Shown piece by piece: positions 20,501-29,550 of a stretch of 64,000 nt of DNA. The notes beneath the pieces were generated by a model. The model did no database searches and was not told the DNA's origin. It worked only from the letters and a program-made list of their open reading frames with translations. Numbering within the stretch: position 1 is the stretch's first letter; each line of letters begins with the position of its first letter. Position numbers and translations under genes: made by a program. The DNA is from a virus: the IMG/VR virus record IMGVR_UViG_3300047476_000577, positions 1 to 64,000 of that record; one strand, given 5' to 3'.

Positions 20501-23500
20501 TCAAAGCAATGAATGTAGGCAAAGATGCATCATTTGTAGACGCATTTAGCAATGTTGCATACTACAGTGAATATTTAGAGTTTAACTATACTGGCGACGG
20601 CGTAACTAAATCTTTTGCACACAATAAGTCCGAATTGTTCAACGGCAACAAATATAATCACGTGTACTTCTATGTAAACGGATTAAGTATGCCTATCGGT
20701 ACTGCAACAATAGGAACAACTACAGTAAATTTTGCTGTAGCACCTGCACTAGGTGAAGCTATTAAAGTAAGGGTATACAGTGCAAACAGTTACTCTTTTA
20801 TTCCACATAGCCTGGCAACTTTAGGCATAAACAAGATGCACAACCCTGCGGTGTATACAGACACTACTAAAGGTTCAAGGAGATACATTCGTTGTCACGA
20901 TGGCACTGAAGTAACAATGTATGACGGTGTATATCAATATGTTAACAATGCTATATTAGAATTAGAACGTAGAATTTATCTAAACTCTATCAGAGCACAA
21001 TTATCTTTTACTGAATTTAGTACCACTAACATACCTGGATACTACCGCGTAACTAGCGAAAGTTTACAAGACTTAAATCGCTATCTAGAGCAGCACTATC
21101 TTGTTTGGGCATCTAACAACAATATCCTAACAATGGAGAATACAGGTTACGATGCAACTAATCCGTTTACTTGGAATTATTCTAGCCCGGAAAACGCACA
21201 CTTAGGCGGCGGCAGCTATAAGGCAATCTACCAGTATCTATTCGACACTTCGACTCCGCATTTAACTCCTTGGGAAATGTTAGGTTTTAATTCTAGTCCA
21301 CAATGGTGGGGAGAACATTATTCTTGGACTAACGCTACTAAGCGAGCAGCGTTAGAAAATGCGCTACGCAAAGGTATAACAAGTGATCCTAGCCAACCGG
21401 TATCTATAGAACCTAGACTTGCACGTGTGGGTGCAGTATTTCCGGTAGATGCAGCAGGCAATTTATTAGATCCTATTGCAGCAGGCATTGCCAATAACCC
21501 AGGAGCAGATATTGCAGCAAGTGACTGGAAATTTGGTGATATCGGCCAACAAGAATATGCTTGGAGGACAAGCCCTCATTTCCAATGGGCATTAGCAGCC
21601 TGGGAATATGTAGAGTGGCCAAGTAAATTTGTCGGGGCAAACTTTGATCCGTTTAACCTAGTGAGAGTCGCTAACAAAACACAAATTGTTAATGTGGACA
21701 CACAAGTTAGAAATTCACTGGCTTCTACTGTCTTACATCGCCAAACTTCTGAGTACAAGTATGGTTTAAATTACCTATGCACAGAATACGTTGTTTCTCA
21801 AAATAAAAACTTAACAGCATATTTTGATTCTGTACATAATTCTACTGTACAGCTAATACACAGAATCGGCGGCTTCGCAGACAAGAGAACATTAAAGTAC
21901 AAGGCAGATACATTAAAATCTTCTGCTAGCGGTTCATTTGTGCCTGAAGAAAACTTTAGCTTACACTTATACGAAAGCGCACCTATTGCAACTGTATTCT
22001 ACAGTGGTGTTAAAGTAACTTGGACTGGCACAGCATATAAGGTAACAGGCTACGACAAGATTAATCACAACTTTGTTGCTTATATGCCTAAGCAAGGTGG
22101 ACGCAGCCGTGCAGTGACATTCAACGGCATCACAATGCTAGATGTGTTAGACTACAGCGAAACTCCTAGCGTTATTCCATACGGTACAGAGTTTACTTCT
22201 AGACAAGATGTTTACAACTTCTTCGTAGGCCTTCACAAGTATATGACAGAAGTAGGCTTTGTGTTTGACCAATTCGACACCGAACAAGATGGCTTCTTGG
22301 ACTTTAAACTTGCAGGTAAGCAGTTTATGTTCTGGAGCGATAGCAAGTGGGAAGCAGGCAACTTTATTGCACTAAGCCCGTTAAGCAACGTAATTAAATT
22401 TAACTACAACTACGGCTGGGTGCAAGACTACAATAAAATTACGCAGTTCGATCCGGTAGTAGACATTGAAGGCAAGCGAGTATTAATTAACGACATCGAC
22501 GTCGACCGTGTAGAACAAGGTATTGTTACCATTTCTGCAAAGTCTACTCCTATATACGGAATTGCAATTAGAATTGTAGAGCTAGAACACGCAGCTATAT
22601 TTGACAACTTAACAATATTCGGTGACACAATATACAATCCGCTATACAGACTAAAGCAATACAGACTAAAGTACATCGGCCAGCGCACAAGAGATTGGGA
22701 CGGCAGCCCTCGTACACCTGGCTTTGTTATTAACGGTGATAAAATACTAGGTAACTTTGATAGAATAATTGCTGACATCAGCGACAAGTATTATTCTGTA
22801 GAAGGTTCTACACAGAACACTAGATTACAGGCGACAGCACGCCACTCTGTTGGTATGGATAGTGCTAGTGCGCTATCACGTATAATAGATAACCCTGCTA
22901 CACAGTTTGAATTCCAACGTCCGGCTGTTAGACAAAAAGGCACCCCTGCTGCATACAGCAAGCTACTACGTACCTCTTTAGTTGACGAGTACTCATCTGA
23001 TTCTATCCTTGCTGATGAAGAGTGGATGTTTAAACTAGGCGATTTTGGTAATATTGAAAGTATTAATAGCTGGGAATTTAAACTAGCACAGCAAGAAATT
23101 AAAGACGCAGTGCAGTTATTAGAGTTCGACGATAGCTACAAATTTAACCAAGTAGATAGGTCATATGCTAAGATATACGATAAGGCCACTGACACTGTAA
23201 TTACTATGCCAGCCGACGATGTGCGCTGGATCTACAAACCTTACGGTTCGGAACGTCTTCGTTTCCCTACTAGAAAGCACAGCGATGCCGGTTTAGAGAT
23301 TTTATATCCTTCCGACAACGTTACAGCAGGATATGCAGTAGTAGCAGATGCCGACTTTACTTGCAATAATTTAGATGATGTTGCGGTATTGTTTAGTTCT
23401 TTAACTGAGCTAACATCTATTCCGCAATGGACCAACATAGGCAACTATAAGCCAGGCGATCTAGTACGACACAACGGCCAACTATATAAGAAGAAGCCTA

Positions 23501-26500
23501 CTATTATTGCTAACTCAACTGAATTCGATGTAACGCAATGGGATACAGTAACCGAAAAGAGTTACAAGCTATGGATCAGTGACTATATTAGCAATCAAGA
23601 CGGGTTAAATGCCGTAAGAAGCACTAACCAATCTGTTCCGTTAGGCTGGAATATGTTAGTCCTACAAGATACTAAGCTAGCAGCAAAGAGTATCATCTCT
23701 TCTAACTACGATTTACCTACTGCCCCTGCTATAGTAGAATTTGAAGTAGCACACGGCTACACAGTAGGCGACTTCGTTGTTATAGTTAATAGCGGCACAG
23801 CAGACGGAATTTACCCTGTGCAAGAAGCAGACGAGTTTACTATTACAGTAGATGCACTAGTTCCTGCTGATATATTAGGCAAGGGCAAGGTTATGGGCCT
23901 ACAGCCTACACGCTTCGATAATTTAGCCCAATTAACTGCTACCTTAACATCTGCTAAGTACAACTGGCAAGAACGCCAACACGGTTATGTAGATAATGTA
24001 GCAGGTTCATATACAATTTACGAAGTGGATGCGAACGGCCAGCTGGTAGTAGATACAATGGACGCCGAGCCTGAGCAAGACTTAGTAGACACACGTTTAG
24101 TTAACTCTGTTAAAATATACGACAAAGTTTCAAACAGACTATTGGTCGATTTGGATATCTATGATCCGTACAAGGGTTTTATTCCACGTGCGGCTCAGAA
24201 CAACATTGATATTCGTAGTAACTACGATCCTGCGGTATACGACTTCACCTCTACAACAGACGACGACACTAGTGTTACGTCTAGCTGGGGCCTAGATCAA
24301 GTAGGTACAGTGTGGTGGGATATTAGCACTGCTAAGTTCTTAAACTACGAAACAATGACTACTGCATACCGTCGTGCAAACTGGGGTAAGTTATTCCCTG
24401 GCGCATCAATTGATGTATATCAATGGGTTGAAAGTCCAGTCGATCCTATAGCGTACAACAATGCCAGCCAATCTGGAACACCAATCGGTGATTATGTGCC
24501 AGTGGGCGTTGCAAAAGTACAGAATCTAGATCAGACTGATATTTACAGTTACAGTACTCGTGACGTTATTAATGCAGACGGTACTACAACTACAAAATAT
24601 TACTTCTGGGTTAAAGGCCTAGACACTGTTGCACAAAACAGAACAGACAAAACATTAAGTGTAGCAGCTATTGCAGCAATTATTAAGAATCCGTCTGAAG
24701 CAGGCATTGCTTGGGCTGCTCCTATTTCTGACAGCGCAATGCTAATATCCGGAGTAACAGGTTTCCTAAACAACGATTCTACTAGTGTACAACTACAGTT
24801 AGTAGACGTTAAAGAAGACAACCTAGACATTAGTCCTACTGTTCACAGTCAGTGGATGCTATTACGAGAAAACGATAGTGTTAACCGTGTTCCGGAATGG
24901 CTACACAACAGACTACGTGACAGCTTGGCGGGTTTTGACCGCAACATCGAAGTTGCCTTCTACGCAGACTACAGTAACACTAAGAAATATACAGCCGGTA
25001 GTGTATTCTATCGTCCTACTGACGGTAACTACTACAGAGTGTTTAGAAATATGTCATCTGCAGATTTGGCAGTAACATTCGATAAGCGTCCGTTCTATAA
25101 GCTATACGACTATACATTGCTACCAGCTGACTTCCAAAAGCGCAAGCGTATTGCTATTCAAGCCCGCCGCGATGTTCCTAACTTCAGGACTAGCGAATTC
25201 GACAGATTTGGTAATAGAATTCGCCCAGCGCAGCAAACCTGGATCAAGAATCGAGACGAAGCACGTAGAACATTTATTGCTAGTGCAAACAAACTACTAG
25301 CAACTATGGACCTATTTGACACTGTTCCAAATTGGAACAAGCACCTAGTTGAAATTACGTCAGGTACACTAAGCTACGACATTACTAAATTCTACACTGT
25401 AGTAGATTTTGTTGCAGTAGACTATAGTCCTACTAAGACTATCGTTAAAGAGTACGCAACTGAATTAGACATTATCGTAAGCGAGTTAAGTTCAGGCGAC
25501 TATGTACTAGTGCAAAATGCTACAAGATATGCAGTATATCAAATATCAGGTAGCGAGCGCATCTTAAAATTTAAGAGCAATGCAACTATACAGTTCACTG
25601 AAGACTTATTCAACAGCTTAAAACAACAATATAGCTGGGACCTTGCGCCGTGGGACTTTACTAAGTGGGATAACGAGCCGGGTGTAGAATTCGGCGAAAT
25701 TGTAACAGCACTACGAGAAGATATTTTTGTAGATAACTACGCAGTTAATTACAATAGATTATTCTTTGATATGGTACGTTACATATTCAGCGAAAATAAC
25801 AATGTTGATTGGATTGCCAAGAGCAGTTATATCTACATCGACAACCTAGACGTTGATAGCCTAAAGCAACAACCATACCTAGACTTAGACAAAGTACAGC
25901 AATATATTGATTACATTAACGAAGTTAAGCCTTATAGAACTAAGATTCGTCAAGTTATCGATACACGCAGCGTAACAGATACAGCGTCAGTTACTATAGA
26001 AGATAGCAACAGTCTAGAAATAGAAGTTAAGTTTGATAGAACTGACGTGCGTACAGTAGAAAGAAACTATATCTCAGGCGGCCGCTTTGGTGTAGAAAAT
26101 GTAGACAACATTTCGGGTGGTGTGTTTGGTGTAATAAACGAAGATATAATATCCGGCGGCACATTCGGTGCTAGCGAATTAATCGGCGACCAAGAAATTG
26201 CACTGTTAACAGTATCCGATGCTTTACAATTAGAAGTTGTAACCAAGTATGACACTGCAACATACAGTTATGCAGCTTATATTACTGATTCATTTGCTAA
26301 GTACTACGCATTGCACAATTCGTTAACTACTACTCTAGTTTCTGCAATTACTAGTGATACAACAGAGATTGAAGTAACCGACGGTAGCGTATTACCTGCC
26401 CCGGATCAGTTTACAAATACACCGGGTGTTATTTTAGTAAACGGTGAGTATATTGCTTATTTTGAAAAGCAAGGCAACATACTGCGTCAGCTAGTAAGAA

Positions 26501-26679
26501 CATACGGAACTATCGGGTTAAATTCTCACACAGCAGGATCTATTGTTTGCAGTGTGCAAGAATCTAACAAATTACTAAGCCCACTTAGTGGGCACATTGG
26601 GTACAATGCCCCTGGATTTACGCTATTGGAAACTACTTCGGGCGATGCAACTAGAATTGTAGAAGAGCAAGGTTTTTAA
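17542..26679 (+). CDS. Very large baseplate/virion structural protein (3045 aa, gp7-like position)
   Basis: Uninterrupted ORF after gp6; YINEVKPYRTKIR motif; WD-rich repeats; CBM5/12-like motifs. Confidence 0.7.
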   Translation: MMSNKKFSADPNSVKNSTVPNDTNTEFINAVDFLPKYHQTATNKKLFNVTLDPLISKGTAEDISAYVGRKSGTVYRPARDPYLTEVRKSREDTQLDIGVVSKDSSGNVTGMIAYGDLLDKFKAQYSNFTADDLDVDYFTWAPPIDADKFVNFSHYYWLPYGMPAIEVSGDIDIDADIVSKAVYVTPTQPNGKRLNFHNGAKVFFTNNNIADKKYVTLPDASRKFAYSTGAEYSVADLISANYILRVSLTYSTVENFYGEHTVSRTVMLPEYSKVNGEAVGVNWKQTSDGVLTISDSVIPAEAISGSIEVEVQVINRPVIFTVDGISRRITLLPQQATDPRTSYVLYLPEGWDTQNWDITAWDATTPGHLLPEYIVMSRGSNNWNAWSRINQWVHIESIQETFEFLGKDYSYLTTPEFRGKRPIIEFYTNIALVNHGDWATGQVDAVLDGKQDALSSVLGQVAAKVDGVSIYNKNRILVLNTGSNFDNKIVTVTGVGESIEFAFPADADPTTERTVFVRSGTKYQFIELWYDTYLDTPVWKLAQQKTKRNQFPQFELYDANGIKLSDTSVYKNSNFTGSTLFQYKAGSFVDPVLGFGVEYEDNSYDIVSASSPYSKTFANLKFLFTQNASDLYYEVDGKRTAIPGYYYHKVYRESESDYSLSNGWVRNSQEPITFQRISKVAASSTESVVVPADIFASYDYQLFLNAGTPFFNIITKENKLSLLDPLEKHLIFPIGRTATIFNYTGIPLTLLDKYNNPLSNVTNNGADYGLITVDLDSTNVDAGESGCHYAYYTINGYTNAIEMIDPKQDPRFLQVRVNGRKLSSSQYILTQNIDSTYTVQVDNLSKNDVLEVMFVSEEHYGVYATHSTLEANANNATVYETSYSKVFEHFTSVISSQLGFKGSAYGSNTYHESARNIGLGYVIQQQQNSLLPITALANAGADVLTVLEASGTRYANFRAKFITRLQNINNVLDVNAMMPADLVDTVLKAMNVGKDASFVDAFSNVAYYSEYLEFNYTGDGVTKSFAHNKSELFNGNKYNHVYFYVNGLSMPIGTATIGTTTVNFAVAPALGEAIKVRVYSANSYSFIPHSLATLGINKMHNPAVYTDTTKGSRRYIRCHDGTEVTMYDGVYQYVNNAILELERRIYLNSIRAQLSFTEFSTTNIPGYYRVTSESLQDLNRYLEQHYLVWASNNNILTMENTGYDATNPFTWNYSSPENAHLGGGSYKAIYQYLFDTSTPHLTPWEMLGFNSSPQWWGEHYSWTNATKRAALENALRKGITSDPSQPVSIEPRLARVGAVFPVDAAGNLLDPIAAGIANNPGADIAASDWKFGDIGQQEYAWRTSPHFQWALAAWEYVEWPSKFVGANFDPFNLVRVANKTQIVNVDTQVRNSLASTVLHRQTSEYKYGLNYLCTEYVVSQNKNLTAYFDSVHNSTVQLIHRIGGFADKRTLKYKADTLKSSASGSFVPEENFSLHLYESAPIATVFYSGVKVTWTGTAYKVTGYDKINHNFVAYMPKQGGRSRAVTFNGITMLDVLDYSETPSVIPYGTEFTSRQDVYNFFVGLHKYMTEVGFVFDQFDTEQDGFLDFKLAGKQFMFWSDSKWEAGNFIALSPLSNVIKFNYNYGWVQDYNKITQFDPVVDIEGKRVLINDIDVDRVEQGIVTISAKSTPIYGIAIRIVELEHAAIFDNLTIFGDTIYNPLYRLKQYRLKYIGQRTRDWDGSPRTPGFVINGDKILGNFDRIIADISDKYYSVEGSTQNTRLQATARHSVGMDSASALSRIIDNPATQFEFQRPAVRQKGTPAAYSKLLRTSLVDEYSSDSILADEEWMFKLGDFGNIESINSWEFKLAQQEIKDAVQLLEFDDSYKFNQVDRSYAKIYDKATDTVITMPADDVRWIYKPYGSERLRFPTRKHSDAGLEILYPSDNVTAGYAVVADADFTCNNLDDVAVLFSSLTELTSIPQWTNIGNYKPGDLVRHNGQLYKKKPTIIANSTEFDVTQWDTVTEKSYKLWISDYISNQDGLNAVRSTNQSVPLGWNMLVLQDTKLAAKSIISSNYDLPTAPAIVEFEVAHGYTVGDFVVIVNSGTADGIYPVQEADEFTITVDALVPADILGKGKVMGLQPTRFDNLAQLTATLTSAKYNWQERQHGYVDNVAGSYTIYEVDANGQLVVDTMDAEPEQDLVDTRLVNSVKIYDKVSNRLLVDLDIYDPYKGFIPRAAQNNIDIRSNYDPAVYDFTSTTDDDTSVTSSWGLDQVGTVWWDISTAKFLNYETMTTAYRRANWGKLFPGASIDVYQWVESPVDPIAYNNASQSGTPIGDYVPVGVAKVQNLDQTDIYSYSTRDVINADGTTTTKYYFWVKGLDTVAQNRTDKTLSVAAIAAIIKNPSEAGIAWAAPISDSAMLISGVTGFLNNDSTSVQLQLVDVKEDNLDISPTVHSQWMLLRENDSVNRVPEWLHNRLRDSLAGFDRNIEVAFYADYSNTKKYTAGSVFYRPTDGNYYRVFRNMSSADLAVTFDKRPFYKLYDYTLLPADFQKRKRIAIQARRDVPNFRTSEFDRFGNRIRPAQQTWIKNRDEARRTFIASANKLLATMDLFDTVPNWNKHLVEITSGTLSYDITKFYTVVDFVAVDYSPTKTIVKEYATELDIIVSELSSGDYVLVQNATRYAVYQISGSERILKFKSNATIQFTEDLFNSLKQQYSWDLAPWDFTKWDNEPGVEFGEIVTALREDIFVDNYAVNYNRLFFDMVRYIFSENNNVDWIAKSSYIYIDNLDVDSLKQQPYLDLDKVQQYIDYINEVKPYRTKIRQVIDTRSVTDTASVTIEDSNSLEIEVKFDRTDVRTVERNYISGGRFGVENVDNISGGVFGVINEDIISGGTFGASELIGDQEIALLTVSDALQLEVVTKYDTATYSYAAYITDSFAKYYALHNSLTTTLVSAITSDTTEIEVTDGSVLPAPDQFTNTPGVILVNGEYIAYFEKQGNILRQLVRTYGTIGLNSHTAGSIVCSVQESNKLLSPLSGHIGYNAPGFTLLETTSGDATRIVEEQGF

Positions 26680-26682
26680 AAG

Positions 26683-26690
26683 CATAAATA
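26683..26690 (+). promoter_or_regulatory. Late promoter motif CATAAATA
   Basis: Intergenic, upstream of 26712. Confidence 0.55.
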
Positions 26691-26711
26691 TGAATAGATA
26701 AAAGGTTTATT

Positions 26712-27341
26712 ATGTATACAGAAGATACAAACATTTCAATTGAAGGGCATCTTAAAATTTGGGACGATGCTCTCGGCGAAGACCAGGGAGTACTAGTCGA
26801 TAAGCGTAATGCAGTTAACCCCGAAAACCTAAGCGTAGCGTTGGCTAAGAGTTTAGGCAACGGCGGCGGCACTGTATACGAAATACATTTCGGCAACGGC
26901 GGTACTGTTATTAACGACCTAGGTGTTATCACATACAATTCCCCACGTGTAGCTAGTGAAGCGGCTGAACTGTATTCTCCTGCATACTATAAAGTAGTAG
27001 ACGCAAACGATACTGTTAACAACACTGATCCTACAAAAAATTACATTTCTGCACAGCACTTAACTGGCTTAAATTATACAGACATTGTTGTTAATGCAGT
27101 TTTAGACTACACTGAACCTAACATTTCTAGTCCGTTTAATCTAGCAAACGCTAGCCAAGATGCACTAGACAATGCAGCAGATTTTAACGGCGCATTTGTA
27201 TTTGACGAAATCGGCTTAAAAAGCAAGGGTGAAGAATTAAACAGCGGCCTACTGCTAACTCATATTACTTTCCATCCTGTACAGAAGTCAGCTAACAGAC
27301 TTTTCCGTGTTAGATATACACTAAGAATACGTGTTAATTGA
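26712..27341 (+). CDS. Virion structural protein (baseplate/tail-fibre attachment)
   Basis: FDEIGL...LLTHITFHPVQKSANR...YTLRI motif of baseplate-associated proteins. Confidence 0.65.
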   Translation: MYTEDTNISIEGHLKIWDDALGEDQGVLVDKRNAVNPENLSVALAKSLGNGGGTVYEIHFGNGGTVINDLGVITYNSPRVASEAAELYSPAYYKVVDANDTVNNTDPTKNYISAQHLTGLNYTDIVVNAVLDYTEPNISSPFNLANASQDALDNAADFNGAFVFDEIGLKSKGEELNSGLLLTHITFHPVQKSANRLFRVRYTLRIRVN

Positions 27342-27343
27342 AC

Positions 27344-27351
27344 TATAAATA
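27344..27351 (+). promoter_or_regulatory. Late promoter TATAAATA
   Basis: Exact T4 late consensus. Confidence 0.7.
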
Positions 27352-27369
27352 CAAGGCAAGGATTTAACA

Positions 27370-27912
27370 ATGGCATACGAAATTAACAAAACTAACGGGG
27401 AAGTGCTAGTATCTATTCCAGACGGTGAAGTAGATGTTTCTACTAGCATCCGTTTAGTTGGCAAGAACTATCCCGGTTACGGTGAAATTATGGCAGAGAA
27501 TCTAGTTAATATGCTAGAGAACTTTACTAACTCTGCTCCTCCTACTAATCCGATTGTAGGACAAATTTGGTACAACAGCGACGAAGACCAGTTATACTTT
27601 TTTGACAAGAATTACGTTTGGCGAGTAGTCGAAAGCTCTTACGTTGGTACACAAGTAAAGAGTATGAAAATCGTCGACACATCCGGCATCGAGCACTACG
27701 CAATGGTTCACTATGCCAATTTCATTCCTGTAATGATTGTTAGTAGCGATAGCGTATACCAGCCGGCTGTAAACACAGCCAATACAACAGCAGGTATTAC
27801 TAGCCAAGCGTTCCCTAGCATTGGCCCGGGTGCAAATATGAGCCAGGCTTCACGCACTGACGGCGATCAATACAAGGTTCGTGGTGTTGCAGTTTCTGCA
27901 CAGTTCTCTTAA
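27370..27912 (+). CDS. Tail-fibre/baseplate-associated structural protein
   Basis: MAYEINKTNG...LVGKNYPGYGE...ENF...PTNPIVGQIWY, typical of fibre-like N-termini. Confidence 0.65.
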   Translation: MAYEINKTNGEVLVSIPDGEVDVSTSIRLVGKNYPGYGEIMAENLVNMLENFTNSAPPTNPIVGQIWYNSDEDQLYFFDKNYVWRVVESSYVGTQVKSMKIVDTSGIEHYAMVHYANFIPVMIVSSDSVYQPAVNTANTTAGITSQAFPSIGPGANMSQASRTDGDQYKVRGVAVSAQFS

Positions 27913-27924
27913 AATATAAGGATT

Positions 27925-29130
27925 GTGCAAGTGACTATTCCATCAAACAAGATTGCAGGCGAACTTGTTGCAGCTAATGACTACAATCCATTAGCTGCAC
28001 ACGTTAATAAGATTTTCGGGGACGCTGTTCCTGGAAGTCAGCCGTCAACTGACCCTGCAATCATTGCAGCGATGAAGTACGGTTGGGGACAAACATCTCC
28101 TATTATGAACGTTACTGGCAATGGTACTGGACAAAACGGCGAGCTCATCACAGCAGAACAATGGAACAGCTTAGTTGACCGCTTACAAATTGGTTTAATC
28201 AACACTCAAAGCGCACCGCCTGCATTGATTAGATTTAAAGTAGGTAAAAACTATATTCCATCCGAAGGCGACATTAGATCAGATATCGTATACGCAAGCC
28301 ACTTTAACGATATTCTTAGCCTAACTCGTTTGCTAGACGAAAACAAAAATGTATTAGTGCCCGAAGAAACTTTAGTTATTAGTTCAGTAACTGACTTAAG
28401 GCCGAGCCCTTGGCGCAAGCATTTAACTGCATCAGTTGCGTACGATTTCGGAAGCTACGATAAGGCTAGATACTTTTTTAATAGTGGCGGTGCATTAACA
28501 TTAGAAATGGCAGCTAGCGCAGGTAGTACAGCAGGCTATACAATATTTGCCGGCATCTACGAAAAGCTAGGGCAGTTTTCTTTAGACTTAGATTCGTCTA
28601 ACTCAACAGGTACCGGAGCAATTAGCACTAACAAGGGCTTTTACGATATTGGATTAACTGAGACATTACTACTCACTGTTAGTAGCAACGGCGGCGGCTC
28701 CTATGGCGGATATGGAGGCTATGGCGGATATGGAGGCTATGGTGGTTATGGCGGATATGGAGGCTATGGTGGTTATGGCGGATATGGAGGCTATGGTGGC
28801 TATGGTGGCTATGGTGGCTATGGTGGCTATGGTGGCTATGGAGGCTATGGTGGTTATGGTAACACATTTAAACTAGAAGTATTTGGAACTGTAACACCAG
28901 CCGGCAAGTTAACCCTAACGGTTAAATTAACAAACGCTGCTCACATTAATGTTGACGGCATTACAGTCGCTTCGTTTGGTTACCGAAAAGCATCTGACTT
29001 CGATAACACGGCATTTCCTGAATGGAACGACGAGCACGGTGTAGACTTAACTCAAAATACAGTAGAGTTCAAAATACAAGACCCGGTAGTAACCAAGACT
29101 GCATCGTTTACAGATTCATCAAACGAGTAA
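27925..29130 (+). CDS. Putative virion structural protein with a (GGY)17 tract
   Basis: ARYFFNSGG motif; late structural context; SY(GGY)17G insert. Confidence 0.65.
   Translation: MQVTIPSNKIAGELVAANDYNPLAAHVNKIFGDAVPGSQPSTDPAIIAAMKYGWGQTSPIMNVTGNGTGQNGELITAEQWNSLVDRLQIGLINTQSAPPALIRFKVGKNYIPSEGDIRSDIVYASHFNDILSLTRLLDENKNVLVPEETLVISSVTDLRPSPWRKHLTASVAYDFGSYDKARYFFNSGGALTLEMAASAGSTAGYTIFAGIYEKLGQFSLDLDSSNSTGTGAISTNKGFYDIGLTETLLLTVSSNGGGSYGGYGGYGGYGGYGGYGGYGGYGGYGGYGGYGGYGGYGGYGGYGGYGGYGGYGNTFKLEVFGTVTPAGKLTLTVKLTNAAHINVDGITVASFGYRKASDFDNTAFPEWNDEHGVDLTQNTVEFKIQDPVVTKTASFTDSSNE
28702..28860 (+). repeat. 9-bp tandem repeat TATGGNGGN x17 encoding Tyr-Gly-Gly
   Basis: Unit order ABABCABCABDDDDDBC (A=tatggcgga, B=tatggaggc, C=tatggtggt, D=tatggtggc). 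Confidence 0.97.
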
Positions 29131-29135
29131 CCCAC

Positions 29136-29197
29136 TAAATACTCCGGTATGTTGACATAGTAGATGGACTGTGTTAAACTAAATTACCGGAGTATTT
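29136..29197 (+). promoter_or_regulatory. Dual promoter (TAAATA; TTGACA-17-TAAACT) enclosed by a 13-bp inverted repeat that covers the RBS
   Basis: aaatactccggta (29137-29149) / taccggagtattt (29185-29197); GGAG at 29189-29192; ATG 29200. Confidence 0.65.
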
Positions 29198-29199
29198 TT

Positions 29200-29550
29200 A
29201 TGGATAAAGCATTACAAGAAGCACTAGAGTTCTCAAACTACAGAACTACACTAGAAAATCAAAAAACTAATTTAAAGCACAGGCTTCAAGTTCAACGTAC
29301 TGTATCACACGCAGGCGGACTGTTTACTGCAACCCCCGAACTAATTGCATATACTAAATTCCTAGTAGATAGCAATTTCGAGCAGCAGGTTTTTATAGAC
29401 GAGAACAAGATTCCTGTTATGGTTCGTGACTTACCTAATTTCTTAAACAGGTTAAACGAAGCATATACTACTGCAATGAACGAGTACTTTGTAGAGTACG
29501 AAAAAACAAAACGCCAGCGCAACGTAAAAAGTCTAGTAGGAGTTGCCTAA
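29200..29550 (+). CDS. Hypothetical protein, tail-fibre-assembly (DUF4376)-like
   Basis: Start moved to ATG 29200; GGLFTATPELI...IDENKIPV pattern followed by a helix. Confidence 0.5.
   Translation: MDKALQEALEFSNYRTTLENQKTNLKHRLQVQRTVSHAGGLFTATPELIAYTKFLVDSNFEQQVFIDENKIPVMVRDLPNFLNRLNEAYTTAMNEYFVEYEKTKRQRNVKSLVGVA

Noticed and set aside
28702-28860. Repeat as a CRISPR array
   Set aside because: 9-bp tandem coding units with no spacers and no cas genes
28679-28867. His-rich 62-aa antisense ORF
   Set aside because: It is the reverse complement of the GGY repeat; no RBS or promoter seen
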